DNA of 64,000 nt from Acidobacteriota bacterium (lineage in GTDB: Bacteria > Acidobacteriota > Vicinamibacteria > Vicinamibacterales > SCN-69-37): positions 11,069 through 75,068 of the forward strand of contig SYFT01000024.1 in assembly GCA_005799825.1 (NCBI GenBank). The letters are read 5' to 3'. Every line of letters begins with the position of its first letter. The first letter of the stretch is position 1. The notes under the pieces are model-generated. The model was not told the origin of the DNA, ran no database searches, and saw only the letters and a list, made by a program, of their open reading frames with translations. This document shows, in pieces, positions 62,240-64,000 of the stretch. The position numbers were made by a program, and so were the translations under genes.

Positions 62240-64000
62240 ATGGCACAGGATCAAAAACCGCCGGCCCGCGTCGACGACCTTCGTGAACAGTTGCGTGCGC
62301 TCGGGTACCTGGACGCCCGCGTCGATCGGTTTGTGTTGGGTCGGGCCGCCACACGCGGGCGTGGCTGGTCGCTCGCGCTCGGGGCGAGCCTGCGCATTGG
62401 CGCGCTGGCGGGCGTGCTCCTGGGTCCGGCGGCAGCCGTAGGGCTGTCTGCTCGCCTGCCGGGCCTCGTCACGAGCGTGACCGACGCAGTCGTGCTGGCC
62501 GGGTATCTCGCGCTGCTGTTTGGCGCGGGGTCTGCAGTCCTCGCCTTCGCCGCGATTCTGGCTGGCGTGGCGCTCGCTCGAGGCGCCGCCTCAGATGCGA
62601 ACTTCGCACTACGCGCCCGCCGCGCGGCCACGCTGGCCGGTCTGGCCGTGGCCGTCTCCTGCCTGGTGTATCTCACGCTATGGTGGCGGACCACCTCCGC
62701 CCCGATGGGCCCGCTGGCCAGCGTGCCCGCTCAGGTTCTGGTGATGGCGCTCGCCGTCGCGATCAGCGTGCTTGTCGGTCATGCCGTCACCGTGACGGTG
62801 CTCGCCACCCTCGTTCGCTTCGGCCTCGCGCGGTCACTGGAACATGGATCGCCGCTGTCGTCGTGGCGAGTGCTCCTGCCGGTCGGCGTCGTCGCGCTGG
62901 TCGGCGCGCTCGCCCTCCTCACGGTGTCTGCGCAGACCGCGCCAGAGACTGAAGTTCCCCCGCTGGCCGTGGTAGCAACCGGCGCACACGTGGTGGTCAT
63001 CGCGATCGATGGTGTGGACATTCTCACCCTCACTCGGCTCACCACTTCCGGCGCCGTTCCCACACTCGGGGCGCTGACCGCGCAAGCTCGGGCCACGCTC
63101 CTCAACGACACCAACCGCGACCCTGCACGTGTGTGGACGACGATCGCGACGGCGCAGACGCCTGAGCGGCACGGCATCCACGCCCTGCAGGCGCGCCAGC
63201 TGGCGGGCGTGGAGGGCCGGCTCCGGTCGGAATCGCCCGAACTCTCGATGCTGACTGCCGCGACGGATCTGCTGCGACTCACCAGCCCGACCATCGCGTC
63301 GGGCGACGAGCGTGTGCTTCCGGCGTTCTGGGAAGTGGCCGCGACGGCGGGGCTGCGGACGGCCGTCGTGCACTGGTGGGCGACATGGCCGGCGGGTCCT
63401 GGTCAGGGGATTGTGCTGTCGGATCGCGCCATCCTTCGCCTGGAGCAAGGCGGCGCTCCCGCCGGGGAGTTCGCGCCCGAGACACTCCACGCACCACTCG
63501 TCGCCCTCATCGAGGCGCGCCGCGCGCGTGTGGCGGCCGCGACCGCGCACACATGGCCTGACGGGCAGCCCGATCAGATCACCAGCGTGCTGAAGCGCTC
63601 AGCCGAACTCGACGCAACTGTGCTCGACCTCGGCGCCGACGCAGTTCTGGGGCCACTCGATCTGCGAACGGTGTATCTACCGGGCCTGGACATCGCGCAA
63701 CACGCCCTTCTGCAAGGCGCGGACAACTCACCGATGGCCACCTCGGCCACCGCCGACCGCGTACGCGGCCTCGAAGCCTACTATTCGTTTCTTGATGCGG
63801 CCCTCGCTCGGTGGCTCGCGCTGGTTCCAGACGCCAACCGGCAGGTGGTGCTCATCCTTCAGCCTGGACGAGTGCAACACGCCGCGGCAGGCCTTCTGGC
63901 AATGAGCGGATCCTTCGCATCACAGGCCGCGCTCACCGACATGGCACCCACCGCCGTGGCGCCAACGGTGCTGACTTTGCTCGGTGTGCCGAGTGCATCC
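62240..64000 (+). CDS. Membrane-anchored alkaline-phosphatase-superfamily protein (type I phosphodiesterase/nucleotide pyrophosphatase-like); 3' end outside the window
   Basis: Not in the supplied ORF track. I translated frame 2 by hand from the ATG at 62240 (TAGATG junction with the previous gene) to nt 64000: 587 sense codons, no stop. The N-terminal ~230 aa has several TM helices. Then VVVIAIDGVDILTLTRL and ARVWTTIATAQTPERHGI (AlkP-family-like), and APTVLTLLGVPSAS near the edge. Confidence 0.75.
   Translation, partial: MAQDQKPPARVDDLREQLRALGYLDARVDRFVLGRAATRGRGWSLALGASLRIGALAGVLLGPAAAVGLSARLPGLVTSVTDAVVLAGYLALLFGAGSAVLAFAAILAGVALARGAASDANFALRARRAATLAGLAVAVSCLVYLTLWWRTTSAPMGPLASVPAQVLVMALAVAISVLVGHAVTVTVLATLVRFGLARSLEHGSPLSSWRVLLPVGVVALVGALALLTVSAQTAPETEVPPLAVVATGAHVVVIAIDGVDILTLTRLTTSGAVPTLGALTAQARATLLNDTNRDPARVWTTIATAQTPERHGIHALQARQLAGVEGRLRSESPELSMLTAATDLLRLTSPTIASGDERVLPAFWEVAATAGLRTAVVHWWATWPAGPGQGIVLSDRAILRLEQGGAPAGEFAPETLHAPLVALIEARRARVAAATAHTWPDGQPDQITSVLKRSAELDATVLDLGADAVLGPLDLRTVYLPGLDIAQHALLQGADNSPMATSATADRVRGLEAYYSFLDAALARWLALVPDANRQVVLILQPGRVQHAAAGLLAMSGSFASQAALTDMAPTAVAPTVLTLLGVPSAS

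Overview
High-GC (about 65%) bacterial chromosomal segment. The gene content suggests a soil Acidobacteriota- or Gemmatimonadota-like organism: DUF1501/DUF1553-PSCyt pair, sortilin/BNR protein, CarboxypepD_reg-type TonB receptor, BlaI/BlaR1 pair. That placement is inference only; no search was run. I can support about 55 intact protein-coding genes and two tRNAs: tRNA-Ala(GGC) and a clear selenocysteine tRNA (selC). I see no rRNA, CRISPR, transposase, integrase or phage genes.

Main blocks:
- blaI-blaR1-TonB receptor-namZ operon (5.9-10.7 kb).
- Sugar ABC transporter, mutarotase, xylulokinase and oxidoreductase cluster (13.9-22.7 kb).
- DUF1501/DUF1553 pair with a divergent cytochrome c (26.4-31.0 kb).
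- A 14 kb minus-strand gene string (36.1-49.8 kb): small membrane protein, quinone oxidoreductase, two M16 peptidases, Mrp/ApbC, membrane proteins, zinc-ribbon protein, AddA/AddB, and a secreted unknown.
- A translationally coupled minus-strand string (55.5-60.6 kb): class I fumarase, ErpA-like carrier, Fur::rubrerythrin-like fusion, PHP, degenerate ABC-ATPase, HAD.

Most noteworthy observations:
1. A dispersed family of 8-bp tandem repeats (AGTTCCNN)n. It fills very short intergenic gaps, supplies a stop codon, and in one case sits inside the coding linker of an ABC ATPase.
2. selC lies in the same window as an in-frame TGA next to a Cys in an SRPBCC-like gene.
3. Gene decay is unusually dense: in-frame TAA, TGA and TAG interruptions, a multiply broken M20 peptidase, and a pyk'/'nhaA deletion junction.
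4. A REP-like hairpin family shows compensatory stem changes.
5. The Fur::diiron ferritin-like fusion regulator.
6. A 587-codon ORF, open at the 3' window edge, is missing from the supplied ORF track.

All family calls come from motif recognition by eye and need database confirmation.
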